A stretch of 64,000 nucleotides of DNA from a virus. Position 1 is the first letter of the stretch. The number at the start of each line of letters is the position of its first letter. Of this stretch, positions 63,131-64,000 are shown piece by piece. The position numbers were made by a program, and so were the translations under genes. The notes below the pieces were generated by a model, which did no database searches, had not been told where the DNA came from, and worked only from the letters and a program-made list of their open reading frames with translations. Location: IMG/VR virus record IMGVR_UViG_3300050821_017570, positions 1 through 64,000 of that record. One strand, given 5' to 3'.

Positions 63131-63871
63131 TTAGCGTGGGGTTGTGTGCCTCAAACTGCCAGACAGACGGAAGCTGCGACGCTCCCGTCGTGACCCCACG
63201 GGGGCCGCATGAGCCATCCGGAATCTGCGGACCTCAGCATCGCTCACACCCTCTAGGGACGCGAACTCAAAATTCGTCGCTTGGTTCCACCGCATGGTAT
63301 GCAGGTCGAAATACCCAATGTAACCACCCTTGGCCAACTCAAACGCTCGGTGAACGTTCTGCCGGAAGCTACACGGGCCGACAAACCCAGGTTCGAACCA
63401 CTGAGGGGTCACGAAGTCACTCACGAGGGTGTTGTTGATCTTATACCCTAACGAGTCGTCTTCGACCGCATCAGCTACCTCGTAAGCCATGATGCGTGCG
63501 GTATGTGGGTCCAACACCGAGAGATTAACGTAGGGGTCTAAAATTTGCTCAAGAAGTTCGTGACTCACCGTAACTGACAACGCGTCGCCCGCCTGCTGGT
63601 CCGCCCGGGCAAACACCTTGCCGATCGGCTTGCCTGAGCTACTAAGGTCGTGGTATCCAAGCGCTCCAGCCTGATCCGCATCGTCCAGAATCAGCAGCTG
63701 CCAACACGCCGGGTCGATCGGATCGGTTCGACCGCAGAACTCCAGATGTGCATCAAGATCCCAGATTGGTGCAAAGTCCCTACTGATCTGGGTTTGAAGA
63801 TCTGGCACCATTGCCGCCACCACCGCATCTGATGTAATGGTCGAATGGTTAATCAGGCTGATACAGATCAT
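63131..63871 (-). CDS. Zincin-like metallopeptidase family protein
   Basis: GALGYHD, SVTVSHELLEQILDP, AYEVADAVE, VSDFVTPQWF. Confidence 0.6.
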   Translation of the reverse strand: MICISLINHSTITSDAVVAAMVPDLQTQISRDFAPIWDLDAHLEFCGRTDPIDPACWQLLILDDADQAGALGYHDLSSSGKPIGKVFARADQQAGDALSVTVSHELLEQILDPYVNLSVLDPHTARIMAYEVADAVEDDSLGYKINNTLVSDFVTPQWFEPGFVGPCSFRQNVHRAFELAKGGYIGYFDLHTMRWNQATNFEFASLEGVSDAEVRRFRMAHAAPVGSRRERRSFRLSGSLRHTTPR

Positions 63872-63886
63872 GTGGGACCTCGCCGG

Positions 63887-64000
63887 CTAACCTACTTGGT
63901 CGATTGGGTCCCACAAGAGGGTGATGAGGTCAGTTATGCGTACAATGTCCGGCAGCTCGTCTGAAGAGCACTCGTGCCAATAGTCGCCGGTGCGGCCGAC
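63887..64000 (-). CDS. C-terminal fragment of GQxW-family paralogue 10 (truncated by the window edge)
   Basis: Manual translation ...YWHECSSDELPDIVRITDLITLLWDPIDQVG*. Confidence 0.65.
   Translation of the reverse strand, partial: VGRTGDYWHECSSDELPDIVRITDLITLLWDPIDQVG

Overview
This is a 64 kb segment of a large (probably jumbo) tailed dsDNA phage genome. It is GC-rich, densely coded and almost entirely on the minus strand, with one clear plus-strand gene. About 1-8.5 kb is a head/portal region: a putative portal, a spermidine-synthase-like methyltransferase and a 1395-aa multidomain protein (glycine-zipper segments, Nudix, HAD phosphatase) whose modules are bounded by K-x-A motifs. About 8.6-46 kb holds a large set of tail-fibre/tailspike-like genes built from shared modules. 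These are interspersed with four HNH-type homing endonucleases, a five-member tRNA cluster (several atypical, one chimeric), dNMP kinase, a BCS1-like AAA ATPase, peptide deformylase, metallopeptidases and a metallophosphoesterase. About 46.3-64 kb is an accessory region of small, translationally coupled ORFs: NADAR, a deaminase, a second metallophosphoesterase, arrays of membrane microproteins and about 10 paralogues with conserved GQ[IV]W...DLxxL[WY]xP ends and variable cores. I saw no CRISPR array, integrase, reverse transcriptase or stop-codon recoding. All family assignments come from motifs recognised by eye; no database search was run.
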